From contig OZ024740.1 of the NCBI GenBank assembly GCA_964016885.1, positions 291,090,001 to 291,154,000 on the forward strand: a DNA stretch of 64,000 nucleotides, read 5' to 3'. Positions 51,419 to 64,000 of the stretch are shown piece by piece. A model generated the notes under the pieces. That model saw only the letters and a list, made by a program, of their open reading frames with translations, did not search any database and was not told the DNA's origin. The position numbers were made by a program, and so were the translations under genes. This stretch comes from Eledone cirrhosa. Its lineage: Eukaryota. Every line of letters starts with the position of its first letter. The first letter of the stretch is position 1.

Positions 51419-51780
51419 CTGGAGTCGGCCGAAAAGTTCAAGATACTCTCATATAATGTGACTAAATGAGATTTATTTTTCGACATAGCACCTCTTACGG
51501 TCCACAAACTTCTTCCATTGGAGTTGTAATGCTTGGATCCCATTGGTGAAGAAGCTGTCATCCTGTTGGTAAAAAAAAGTCTTCAACAGCAGATATGACA
51601 TCATCACTCCGATACTGGTTCCCAGCCAAGTGATTTTTCATGTTCAGATGATAGTCAGATGGGGCCAAATCAGGAGAATAGGGAGGTCGATCAACCAGTT
51701 TAAAGCCACATTCACGCACAGCAGCCATTGAAAACAAAGACTTGTGTGCTGGAGCATTGTCGTGGGCATTTGGTCTTGGC
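51419..51780 (-). mobile_element. mariner transposase 3' fragment
   Basis: HDNAPAH...PYSPDLAPSDYHL; TIR-like end near 51419. Confidence 0.9.
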
Positions 51781-52324
51781 CTTCTTTGGAGCAGGTTAGG
51801 AGGGGTGTTTCCCCTGCATGTATTGACTCTTTGTCTCTGGCTCAAAGTGATGAAGCTAACACTCATTCTTGGTTAGGAAATGTTCAGGGAAACCAGCTGG
51901 ATCTGCTTCAAACAGCTATCTCTCAATCTATCTATCTGCAGATACTCCACCCAGGTTACACTTTTACATTTGTATAGGCTTCATGGAACCAGAAAGAGCA
52001 TGGGTAGTTAGGAAGTTGCAAGTACAGTCCATTAAAGGAATTGTTAAAAATATGTAAAACATTTAATAAATTCAGCATGTAATAACTTCATATGCACATG
52101 TATAGAGACAGAAACATATGCATGTGTACACATATAACTCAAAACATACAGATCCACACATGTAATAACATCCATATATGCACACACACACATACACATG
52201 CAGACATACATTCGTATTAACCTATGAAAGAGTCTTATTTCTAAGCGAGAAACTGACCCTCTCTCTCTATTGGGGAAAATATATAAAATAACAACACCAG
52301 AAGAACATACGTACTTGCATGATG

Positions 52325-52600
52325 GTTGCCCACATGAGTTCAAGGAGGATCATCATTGTCTCTTTAAGAAGAATCATGATTTCAACAGTGGCTCTTTAAG
52401 TATGCCTTACTCTTACATATCTTTTGACAGACCTTACAAACAAAGCTGTATATGTGCACATAGTGTGCAGGGATATATTCTGATGTATAGCACTGTCTTT
52501 TTAATCCTCTAATATATATGCAGACCTTCTCACATAAATTCCATGTAATGCAATCTAATGTGAACTTACTGAGGTCAGCCTTTTCTCAGGCTTTATTAAT
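52325..52600 (-). mobile_element. RTE (BovB-like) LINE 3' end remnant
   Basis: C-terminal C2H2-like FVCKVCQKICKSKAYLKSH. Confidence 0.55.
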
Positions 52601-52624
52601 TTGTTGGTGGTGTACATACATACA

Positions 52625-52960
52625 TGATGGCTGCCCCCTCGTTATCGAGTATGGCCATTGCACGATATACCATTATTAATAATTATTAATTAATTCTATC
52701 GTGCAATGCCTGTACGTGAAGATATTTTTTAAAGTGAGGGAAGACTGTGCACTGAGCCAATCCCACTCTCTGAGCGACAGTAGCTATAACTCGAAAAGAA
52801 GAAAAGATCAACATCATCAGTAACTACTGAGCCGCAGGTTTTATATCGGAGTTATCCCAGTTTCCTGAGTTGCTTTCTCCTAGAAGAATGCCCTGACAAA
52901 GGCTAGGGGTCCTTCACTCCCAGTGGTTTAACTGCACGATTGGGTGTCCAGCCCAACTAT
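52625..52960 (-). mobile_element. Short RTE-derived non-autonomous element
   Basis: RTE-like terminal motifs at both ends; internal hairpin CATTGCACGATA...TATCGTGCAATG. Confidence 0.55.
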
Positions 52961-53059
52961 TTGTATGTCTCCACGCATATACACACACATGCACCCATGT
53001 ATATACACATTTACATATACATACATATGTACATGTGTATATACATATTTACACACTTT

Positions 53060-53250
53060 CGGATGGCCGTTGACTCTTATGAGTTCTTCCGCCCTTTGTC
53101 AGGTTTTGTTTTTTGTCCTGCAGGGTGTCCAAAATCCCCCTCCTCACCAAGTAAACTTGGTGGGGTTGCCGGTTTAGTCGCCGACGACCCGACCATGCGA
53201 CAGGTTGTACTGGCTTACATGTACCCAGTAGCACTCAAGAGTGATCCGAC
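53060..53250 (-). mobile_element. Structured 5' UTR fragment of a putative R4/Dong-like element in a (TACA)n tract
   Basis: GC-rich; homologous to 15449-15645 with compensatory changes. Confidence 0.6.
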
Positions 53251-53809
53251 ATACATACATACATACATACATACATACATACACACATATAGACACACAC
53301 ATACATACATACATACATGTAAATACATACACATGCACACACATCTTCATCATCGTCATCATCATCATTTAATGTCTATCTTCCAAGCTAGTATGGGTTA
53401 AACGGGAATTGTCCCACTTGAGGCAAGATTGATCGGGTGACCGTGTCTCACTCGTACAGGACTGTATCTGGCAGGTTTTCTATGGCTGGATGCCCATACG
53501 TTCAAATACATACACACACACACAGAGACACACAAACATTGTGAATATAGCATGATCAAATGGTTCACTCCACAATTATCAGGTTCTGGGTTTGATCCCA
53601 CTGTGTTGTATTTTGGGTAGTATCATTTACCATAACCTTGGGTTGACCATGTCAGAGAGAAACTGTTTGGAAGCCTGTTGGATGGACTGTACTTGTAATT
53701 CAATAGGCCAGCTTTGTTGCACACTGTCATACTGAGTTTCCCTAAGAATTCCATCAAGTGTACATGTTTGTGGAATACTCAGCCATTAACACTATAATAT
53801 ACTATAGAC

Positions 53810-54147
53810 CAGGGGTTCTCAACCTGGTCCGTGTGGACCACTAGTGGTCCACAGAAAATTTCAGGTGGTCCACAGAAAATTTTCAATAGCAAATTCTTTT
53901 TTGATCCCTGCATTTGACTTAAAGCGCTGTTCTTATTCTTTGCATAAGTACGACTTCAGCTGTTTATTTGCGTAGATTTTTAGGCACTGCGACATGATAA
54001 TAGCATTATTTAATTCATTGAAAAAAAACATCTACTGATGCTTATAAGTAGCAGTTCTATTACAAAAGATTTAAAAGTTTAGGTGGTCCACAGGAAAAAA
54101 TAACTTATTTTGGTGGTCCACAGCGAAAAAAAGGTTGAGAACCCCTG
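53810..54147. mobile_element. hAT (Charlie-type) MITE
   Basis: Perfect TIR CAGGGGTTCTCAACCT; TSD CTATAGAC at 53802-53809 and 54148-54155; subterminal GTGGTCCACAG repeats. Confidence 0.95.
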
Positions 54148-54794
54148 CTATAGACTATAACTGTAATTCAAAAGGCCAGTTTTGTCACACATTGTCATAT
54201 TGAATCACTCTGAGAATTACATTAAATGTACACTTGTCTGTGGAATGTGCAACCACTTACATTTTGATTTCATGAACAGGCTGTTCCACTGATCAGACAA
54301 CTGGAACACTCATTGTGGAAACTGAAAGAAGTCCTTTCCATTCTACAGACATACTTATTGTTGAAACTGACAGAAGTCCTTTCTATTCTACATACATACA
54401 TGTTTACTTTTATGCTAATAATCTTTGGTTGGCTATAAGAAGCTGCAAATATATGGATGGTTTTGATTTGTATGTTTCTTTTTAAAGACGTTTTAATTCC
54501 CTTAGCTCAGTAAAACATAATTTCCTTAACTAACTGATATTACTATATTACTAACAGTATTATAATTTTTGTTTACCCTTTCATGACTGCATTTGTGTAA
54601 AACACTCTATTTTAACTAATTAATTAATTAATTAAGAATTTTGAGGGATTTGCTAATATTATTAATTATTTCATTACTAAGATAGTAACATAATGTAAGG
54701 TTCTGCTATAAGATGGTAACTAAAGAGTTAAAATATATTAAATAAAGCAATTATCATAGCTTTGTTTTCCTGCTATACTGTAACTATACATTTC

Positions 54795-55420
54795 CAAGCT
54801 GTATATAGCTATGGTGTGGCCACACTTTGAATTTGCATCACCAGTCTGGAACCCCTATCTTGCTCAGAACATTGACCTCCTGGAAACTGTTCAGAGACAT
54901 GCAACCAAGCGAATACCCTCCATCAGGCATCTACCATACTCTGAATGCCTTGCTTCCCTGGGCATGGATATATTGAAGCTCTGACATTTGGCAACTGACT
55001 TAGTAAACACCCACAAAATTATTAACCATCTTGCCAACAACCCTGAGTACCATTTTGAATTACCTGTGTTTAACACACGTGGGCATGCCAACAAAGTCAG
55101 AAAACAGCACAGCTCCCATAACTTGAGGAAACATATTTTCATGCTTAGAGTTGCTGAAGCATGGAACAAACTATCTGCATCAGTTATTAGCTGTCGAGAC
55201 ACTGCATCCTTTAAAACCTCCATGCTTCCCGAGATTCACCAACACTACACCTAATATTCCCCCTCCATACACACACACACACACACACACGTATATCATG
55301 ACTCACACTGTTCACTTTCCTGACATTTGTACATTATTTTATGTACTATACATGCACCTTTGATGAGTTGTAGAACACCTGAGCACTGTACACAATAATT
55401 TCATTATTATTATTATAATA
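54795..55420 (+). mobile_element. CR1 LINE 3' fragment
   Basis: FEFASPVWNP, LETVQRHATKRIP, NTRGH, RVAEAWNKL; (TTA)n tail. Confidence 0.9.
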
Positions 55421-56129
55421 GATATTCATAGACATGAACACAAAACATAACTTTTAGGGAAGTGGGAACAATTGACTAAAATGAACCTCAGTACATGTTT
55501 GGTGTTTAGGGTTTTGAATTGTATGTTTCTTTATAAAGACATGTTAATTCAGTTAGCTCAGTGAAACATTATAACTTCCTTAACTAACTGATAGTATTCA
55601 TCCTGATACTCATGTGAATGTAATATTAGTCACGGCAGAGAATACACTACTAAGATATCATCATAATATTGTGTTACTTTGTTGTCCAGCTTCTTATCTT
55701 TCATTGGAAAGATAAAATAAATATCTATGTTATTTTTTTTTTTTTTCTTAGATGTGTGTAATTACTTAAAACATTTCACTTCCGCAGTAAATTAGGCTTG
55801 AAAGAAGGCCTTCAGTATTTATTTTCAACATTAACTTTCAAAATTGAATATTAAAAAATGCTATTTCTCTAGAATATGAAAATGTTACTAAAATTTATTG
55901 CCATATTTATAGTTATCAAAATAATTTTATCTCTTATCTTTTTGATTTATTGGCTAGTCTTTCATCATCATCATCGTCATTTTAGATCTGTTTTCCATGC
56001 TGGCATGGATTAGATGTGTTGTCATAGTTCAAGACCAGGCAGATTAGATCAGCATATCTTGCTCACAAGTTCCATATTTGGCATGGTTTCTATAGTGACA
56101 CTCTTCTTAGTGACACATACCTTTCAAGT

Positions 56130-56362
56130 TGCCTGAGTGTGTTTTTTTGTGGTAGCACCACAAATAATTTACAGAGTGTACTGGGTGTGTTCCTTGTGAC
56201 ATCAACACTACCAATTTACATAATATACTGGGTGTATGTTATCTTGACATCAACACTACCATTTTACAGAGTGTACTGGGTGTATATTATCATGGCACCA
56301 GCACTACCACTTTACAGAGTATACTGGGTACATGTTATAATGGCACCAGCACTAGAGAGGTT
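56130..56362. repeat. ~48-bp tandem repeat from a SINE internal unit
   Basis: TTTACAGAGTGTACTGGGTG...CACCAGCACTACCA x4-5. Confidence 0.8.
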
Positions 56363-56526
56363 CTTACATGCTCATCCTCTCAAACTTCTTATTATCTCTG
56401 TTCAGTTACCTTCAATTTCACTTCTATAAAAGAGATTTTAAAAGAGATTAATAAAACTGGCAGTATATTATAAAATTGTCTATCATTTGAGTTATGGTTA
56501 TTTTAGAGAGAACAATGAAGATATAT

Positions 56527-56995
56527 AATAATAATGAAATTATTGTGTACAGTGCTCAGGTGCACTACAACTCATCAAAGATGCATGTATAGTACATAGA
56601 ATAATATACAAATGTCAGGGAAGTGAATAGTGTATGGTGTATGTGTATGGAGGGGGAATATTAGGTGTAGTGTTGGCGAATCTCGGGAAGCATGGATGTT
56701 TTAAAGGATGCAGTGTCTCCACAGCTAACAACTGATGCAGGTAGTTTGTTCCATGCTTCAGCAACTCTGTGTGTGAAAAAATGTTTCCCAAAGTCATGGG
56801 AACTGTGCTGTTTTCTGATTTTGTGGGCATGCCCACATGTGTTAGACACATGGAAGTCAAAAAGGTCTCAGGGTTGTTGGCAAGATGGTTAATAATTTTG
56901 TGGGTATTTACCAAGTCAGTTGCCAGACGTCGGAGCTTCAATGTATCCATGCCCAGGGAAGCAAGGCATTCAGAGTATGGTAGATGCCTGATGTA
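56527..56995 (-). mobile_element. CR1 LINE 3' fragment, inverted relative to 54795-55420
   Basis: MDTLKLRRLATDLVNTHKII, HRVAEAWNKLP. Confidence 0.9.
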
Positions 56996-58552
56996 TAAGG
57001 CTTCTTTCTTTACTATTTCATGTTGTCTTCAATAATAAAAGCTCCTAATAGATGTTGAGTCAACAAGGAATATCTCTGTATGGTCACTCAACCTACCAGT
57101 TGTTGTTAGTAAATCTCCTTTAATCTGTCATATTGTCTAAACTCTTAACATCCTCTACCACATAAAACCACATTAGTAAGACATTCTTGAAAAGTACAAA
57201 AAAGCTCTATGCATCATCATCATCATCATCACATTAAGAATTAAAGTTTTTATTTTAAGTACTACACATTATCCACAAAATATCAAAAAAATACTACATT
57301 TTCACAACAATCTGTCCACTAGTAAAGATACTATGAACATTTGAATAAAAAATTTTGTTTTTAGATACTTTCTGCTAAATCATTATTGCATGTTAAGAAA
57401 TAATTAACAGCCTTTCTTATTCAACATTCTTTTGAGAAAAAATGACAGCATCATATTAAAAGAATCAAAGTCTTTCTTTAATACTGAAAATTTTCACTAT
57501 GATCTGTCCACTAATAAAGATACTGTGAATATTTGAATTAACAAACCTGTTTTTCAATATTTTTTGCTAAATCATTACAAGTCGTTTAGAGTTAAATACA
57601 TTGGGTTATGTAGTCTTAAAAAGACACGTAGTGGCTTGATTGCTTGTCATCATATCTACTCAAACAGGCTTGATGTTGAGCTAAACTAGAACAACTAATA
57701 GAAGAGAAAAATAATATTTTCATGCGAAATAGCAATGAAATATATTTCATACTGACATTCCGAAATTTGCAAGAGATTAAAAAAATATTAAATATGAAAG
57801 CAAGTTCTCATTTTTCTTTTTAGAAGTTTCAGCTCCTTAAAGAACATATGGAATTTATCATCATCAACTATTAACATAGTTCCTGTTGAGTTATTAAACT
57901 ATTCTCTCCATTAATCATCTAATATTTCACCAGTTGTTACAATGTAGAAGAAAGAATTTAGTTAATTACAGAGTCGGTTTTTTTAAATTCTTCAGACGAT
58001 TGCATCATGTTTGCTGGATCATTTATCTTACACTCTCATCTGAAATGATTCCATTCATTCCAACTCACACCGATATCATCATTTCACAAATATATTCTTT
58101 CAAAAGCTATTAAGAATTACTTTCTCTGTATAAGTTTTTCGATTTAATCTCCAGATTATTTTTAATTAGATTAATAAAAAACACAAAAACAAAAAAATAA
58201 AACATTATTTTCAGTCAGTCTTTAAAATGAACCAACAAAGGAGCCTGTATATGGTCGTTTGACCTGCTAGAAATAGCAATCAGTTCACCCTTAAATCACA
58301 TCTTGCCATTATAAAGATTGAAGGGCACACATGATAATGTAGTCTTAGATCACATTATATCTGGAAATATGATGTGATAGTCTTAGTTGGAATGCCTTTG
58401 AACATAAAGACTATCAGGACTGTCTTGAGGCTAAACAACATCAACATCAATTAGATCTGAAAAAGTAAAACTTTTCTAGATATTATCCCAAAGCAGCAAA
58501 CTGACAGAACCATTAGAACTTTGGTTAGAATGTTTCACGATATTTCTTTCAG

Positions 58553-61500
58553 ACTCTCTCCTTCCAATCTCTCTCCTCTCTACTCCTTCCAATCTCTCTC
58601 CTCTCTATTCCTTCCAATCTCTCTCTCCTCTCTACTCCTTCCAATCTCTCTCTCCTCTCTATTCCTTCCAATCTCTCTCTCCTCTCTATTCCTTCCAATC
58701 TCTCTCTCTTCTGTATTCCTTCCAATCTCTCTCCTCTCTACTCCTTCCAATCTCTCTCTCCTCTCTATTCCTTCCAATCTCTCTCCGCTCTATTCCTTCC
58801 AATCTCTCTCTCCTCTCTATTCCTTCCAATCTCTCTCCGCTTTATTCCTTCCAATCTCTCTCCTCTCTATTCCTTCCAATCTCTCTCTCCTCTCTATTCC
58901 TTCCAATCTCTCTCTCCTCTCTATTCCTTCCAATCTCTCTCCTCTCTATTCCTTCCAATCTCTCTCCTCTCTACTCCTTCCAATCTCTCTCTCCTCTGTA
59001 TTCCTTCCAATCTCTCTCCTCTCTATTCCTTCCAATCTCTCTCTCTCTCTATTCCTTCCAATCTCTCTCTCCTCTCTTCCAATCCTCTCCTCTCTATTCC
59101 TTCCAATCTCTCTCCTCCTATTCCTTCAATCTCTCCTACCTCTCCTCTCTCCCTTCTTCCAATCTCTCTCCTCTCTATTCCTTCCAATCTCTCTCCTCTC
59201 TACTCCTTCCAATCTCTCTCCTCTGTATTCCTTCCAATCTCTCCTCTCTATTCCTTCCAATCTCTCTCTCCTCTCTATCCTCAATCTCTCCTATCCTCCA
59301 ATCTCTCTCCTCTCTATTCCTTCCAATCTCTCTCCTCTCTATTCCTTCCAATCTCTCTCCTCTCTACATCCTTCCAATCTCTCTCCTCTGTATTCCTTCC
59401 AATCTCTCTCCTCTCTATTCCTTCCAATCTCTCTCCTCTCTATTCCTTCCAATCTCTCTCTCCTCTCTATTCCTTCCAATCTCTCTCCTCTTATTCCTTC
59501 CAATCTCTCTCCTCTCTATTCCTTCCAATCTCTCTCTCCTCTCTATTCCTTCCAATCTCTCTCCTCTCTATTCCTTCCAATCTCTCTCCTCTCTATTCCT
59601 TCCAATCTCTCTCTCCTCTCTATTCCTTCCAATCTCTCTCCTCTCTATTCCTTCCAATCTCTCTCCTCTCTATTCCTTCCAATCTCTCTCTCCTCTCTAT
59701 TCCTTCCAATCTCTCTCCTCTCTATTCCTTCCAATCTCTCTCTCCTCTCTATTCCTTCCAATCTCTCTCCTCTGTATTCCTTCCAATCTCTCTCTCCTCT
59801 CTATTCCTTCCAATCTCTCTCCTCTGTATTCCTTCCAATCTCTCTCTCCTCTCTATTCCTTCCAATCTCTCTCCTCTCTATCCTTCCAATCTCTCTCTCC
59901 TCTCTATTCCTTCCAATCTCTCTCCTCTTATTCCTTCCAATCTCTCTCCTCTCTATTCTTCCAATCTCTCCTCTTATTCCTTCCAATCTCTCTCTCCTCT
60001 CTATTCCTTCCAATCTCTCTCCTCTTATTCCTTCCAATCTCTCTCTCCTCTCTATTCCTTCCAATCTCTCTCCTCTCTATTCCTTCCAATCTCTCTCTCT
60101 CTCTATTCCTTCCAATCTCTCTCCTCTCTATTCCTTCCAATCTCTCTCTCCTCTCTATTCCTTCCAATCTCTCTCCTCTCTATTCCTTCCAATCTCTCTC
60201 CTCTCTATTCCTTCCAATCTCTCTCCTCTCTATTCCTTCCAATCTCTCTCTCCTCTCTATTCCTTCCAATCTCTCTCCTCTGTATTCTTCCAATCTCTCT
60301 CTCCTCTCTATTCCTTCAATCTCTCTCCTCTCTATTCCTTCCAATCTCTCTCCCTCTCTATTCCTTCCAATCTCTCTCCTCTCTATTCCTTCCAATCTCT
60401 CTCTCCTCTGTATTCCTTCCAATCTCTCTCCTCTCTATTCCTTCCAATCTCTCTCTCCTCTCTATCCTTCCAATCTCTCTCCTCTGTATCCTTCCAATCT
60501 CTCTCTCCTCTCTATTCCTTCCAATCTCTCTCTCCTCTGTATTCCTTCCAATCTCTCTCCTCTTCTTCCAATCTCTCTCCTCTTATTCCTTCCAATCTCT
60601 CTCCTCTCTATTCCTTCCAATCTCTCTCCTCTTATTCCTTCCAATCTCTCCTCCTCTCTATTCCTTCCAATCTCTCTCTCCTCTCTATTCCTTCCAATCT
60701 CTCTCCTCTCTATTCCTTCCAATCTCTCTCTCCTCTCTATTCCTTCCAATCTCTCTCCTCTCTATTCCTTCCAATCTCTCTCTCCTCTCTATTCCTTCCA
60801 ATCTCTCTCCTCTCTATTCCTTCCAATCTCTCTCTCCTCTCTATTCCTTCCAATCTCTCTCCTCTCTATTCCTTCCAATCTCTCTCTCCTCTATTCCTTC
60901 CAATCTCTCTCCTCTCTATTCCTTCCAATCTCTCTCCTCTTATCCTTCCAATCTCTCTCTCTCTCTATTCCTTCCAATCTCTCTCCTCTCTATTCCTTCC
61001 AATCTCTCTCTCCTCTCTATTCCTTCCAATCTCTCTCCTCTCTATTCCTTCCAATCTCTCTCCTCTCTATTCCTTCAATCTCTCTCCTCTGTATTCCTTC
61101 CAATCTCTCTCTCCTCTCTATTCCTTCCAATCTCTCCCTCTGTGATCCTTCCAATCTCTCTCCTCTAATCCTTCCAATCTCTCTCCTCTTATTCCTTCCA
61201 ATCTCTCTCCTCTCTATTCCTTCCAATCTCTCTCTCCTCTCTATTCCTTCCAATCTCTCTCCTCTCTATTCCTTCCAATCTCTCTCTCCTCTCTATTCCT
61301 TCAATCTCTCTCCTCTCTATTCCTTCCAATCTCTCTCCTCTGTATTCCTTCAATCTCTCTCTCCTCTCTATTCCTTCCAATCTCTCTCTCCTCTCTATTC
61401 CTTCCAATCTCTCTCCTCTCTATTCCTTCCAATCTCTCTCTCCTCTCTATTCCTTCCAATCTCTCTCCTCTGTATTCCTTCCAATCTCTCCTCCTCTCTA

Positions 61501-64000
61501 TTCCTTCCAATCTCTCTCCTCTCTATTCCTTCCAATCTCTCTCTCCTCTCTATTCCTTCCAATCTCTCTCTCCTCTCTATTCCTTCCAATCTCCTCTCCT
61601 CTCTATTCCTTCCAATCTCTCTCTCCTCTCTATTCCTTCCAATCTCTCTCCTCTCTATTCTTCCAATCTCTCTCTCCTCTCTATTCCTTCCAATCTCTCT
61701 CCTCTGTATTCCTTCCAATCTCTCTCTCCTCTCTATTCCTTCCAATCTCTCTCTCCTCTCTATTCCTTCCAATCTCTCTCCTCTCTATTCCTTCAATCTC
61801 TCTCTCCTCTCTATTCCTTCCAATCTCTCTCCTCTCTATTCCTTCCAATCTCTCTCTCCTCTCATTCCTTCCAATCTCTCTCCTCTGTATTCCTTCCAAT
61901 CTCTCTCCTCTCTATTCCTTCCAATCTCTCTCCTCTCTATTCCTTCCAATCTCTCTCTCCTCTCTATTCCTCCAATCTCTCTCCTCTCTATTCCTTCCAA
62001 TCTCTCTCTCCTCTCTATTCCTTCCAATCTCTCTCTCCTCTCTATTCCTTCCAATCTCTCTCCTCTCTATTCCTTCCAATCTCTCTCCTCTCTATTCCTT
62101 CCAATCTCTCTCTCCTCTCTATTCCTTCCAATCTCTCTCCTCTCTATTCCTTCCAATCTCTCTCTCCTCTCTATTCCTTCCAATCTCTCTCTCCTCTCTA
62201 TTCCTTCCAATCTCTCTCCTCTCTATTCCTTCCAATCTCTCTCTCCTCTCTATTCCTTCCAATCTCTCTCCTCTCATTCCTTCCAATCTCTCTCCTCTCT
62301 ATTCCTTCCAATCTCTCTCTCCTCTCTATTCCTTCCAATCTCTCTCCTCTCTATTCCTTCCAATCTCTCTCTCTCCTCTCTATTCCTTCCAATCTCTCTC
62401 CTCTCTATTCCTTCCAATCTCTCTCTCCTCTCTATTCCTTCCAATCTCTCTCCTCTGTATTCCTTCCAATCTCTCTCTCCTCTGTATTCCTTCCAATCTC
62501 TCTCTCCTCTCTATTCCTTCCAATCTCTCTCTCCTCTCTATTCCTTCCAATCTCTCTCCTCTATTCCTTCCAATCTCTCTCTCCTCTCTATTCCTTCCAA
62601 TCTCTCTCCTCTCTATTCCTTCCAATCTCTCTCCTCTCTATTCCTTCCAATCTCTCTCTCCTCTCTATTCCTTCCAATCTCTCTCTCCTCTCTATTCCTT
62701 CCAATCTCTCTCTCCTCTCTATTCTCAATCTCTCTCCTCTATTCCTTCCAATCTCTCTCTCCTCTCTATTCCTTCCAACTCTCTCTCCTCTCTATTCCTT
62801 CCAATCTCTCTCCTCTCTATTCCTTCCAATCTCTCTCCTCTCTATTCCTTCCAATCTCTCTCCCTCTCTATTCCTTCCAATCTCTCTCCTCCTCTATTCC
62901 TTCCAATCTCTCTCTCCTCTCTATCCTTCCAATCTCTCTCCCTCATTCCTTCCAATCTCTCTCTCCTCTCTATTCCTTCCAATCTCTCTCCTCTCTATTC
63001 CTTCCAATCTCTCTCTCCTCTCTATTCCTTCCAATCTCTCTCTCCTCTCTATTCCTTCCAATCTCTCTCTCCTCTCTATTCCTTCCAATCTCTCTCCTCT
63101 CTATTCCTTCCAATCTCTCTCTCCTCTCTATTCCTTCCAATCTCTCTCCTCTCTATTCCTTCCAATCTCTCTCTCCTCTCTATTCCTTCCAATCTCTCTC
63201 CTCTCTATTCCTTCCAATCTCTCTCTCCTCTCTATTCCTTCCAATCTCTCTCCTCTCTATTCCTTCCAATCTCTCTCTCCTCTCTATTCCTTCCAATCTC
63301 TCTCTCCTCTCTATTCCTTCCAATCTCTCTCTCCTCTCTATCCTTCCAATCTCTCTCTCCTCTCTATTCCTTCCAATCTCTCTCCTCTCTAATCCTTCCA
63401 ATCTCTCTCTCCTCTCTATTCCTTCCAATCTCTCTCCTCTCTATTCCTTCCAATCTCTCTCTCCTCTCTATTCCTTCCAATCTCTCTCCTCTCTATTCCT
63501 TCCAATCTCTCTCTCCTCTCTATTCCTTCCAATCTCTCTCCTCTCTATTCCTTCCAATCTCTCTCCTCTCTATTCCTTCCAATCTCTCTCCTCTCTACTC
63601 CTTCCAATCTCTCTCTCCTCTCTATTCCTTCCAATCTCTCTCCTCTCTATTCCTTCCAATCTCTCTCTCCTCTCTATTCCTTCCAATCTCTCTCCTCTCT
63701 ATTCCTTCCAATCTCTCTCTCCTCTCTATTCCTTCCAATCTCTCTCTCCTCTCTATTCCTTCCAATCTCTCTCTCCTCTCTATTCCTTCCAATCTCTCTC
63801 TCCTCTCTATTCCTTCCAATCTCTCTCTCCTCTCTATTCCTTCCAATCTCTCTCTCCTCTCTATTCCTTCCAATCTCTCTCTCCTCTCTATTCCTTCCAA
63901 TCTCTCTCTCCTCTCTATTCCTTCCAATCTCTCTCCTCTCTATCCTTCCAATCTCTCTCTCCTCTCTATTCCTTCCAATCTCTCTCCTCTCTATTCCTTC
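58553..64000. repeat. Polypyrimidine satellite with 25/27-bp units, running off the window end
   Basis: ATTCCTTCCAATCTCTCT(CT)CCTCTCT repeated roughly 200 times. Confidence 0.98.

Noticed and set aside
51558-51866. SETMAR gene
   Set aside because: Only a short mariner C-terminal fragment; no SET domain
58521-61145. 874-aa ORF and many ERREIGRN ORFs
   Set aside because: Translation of a satellite whose unit lacks stop codons; no coding signal

Overview
AT-rich eukaryotic (animal) DNA that is almost entirely repeat-derived. The SINE, RTE, CR1 and Penelope repertoire and the microsatellite load suggest an octopod cephalopod; this is inferred from remembered repeat families, not a search. Large elements are a ~7 kb Helitron with a disrupted RepHel gene (4863-11890, minus), a full-length hAT/Charlie transposon with TIRs and 8-bp TSD (29569-32664), a second truncated hAT (33480-35192), a Penelope-like element with RT, GIY-YIG and a minimal hammerhead ribozyme (37690-41200), a near full-length RTE LINE (46654-49900), and a >5.4 kb polypyrimidine satellite (58553-end). 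Smaller MITEs, SINEs, LINE fragments and minisatellites fill most gaps. A few short plus-strand exon candidates suggest the window lies in large introns of an unidentified host gene. The most interesting signals are (i) two diverged copies of a covarying structured RNA at the 5' end of a putative R4/Dong-like element, a candidate ribozyme; (ii) a Merlin-like long-TIR element carrying an L1/Tx1 fragment, nested in a Helitron; and (iii) hammerhead-related palindromes. All family assignments come from reading motifs by eye; no searches were run.
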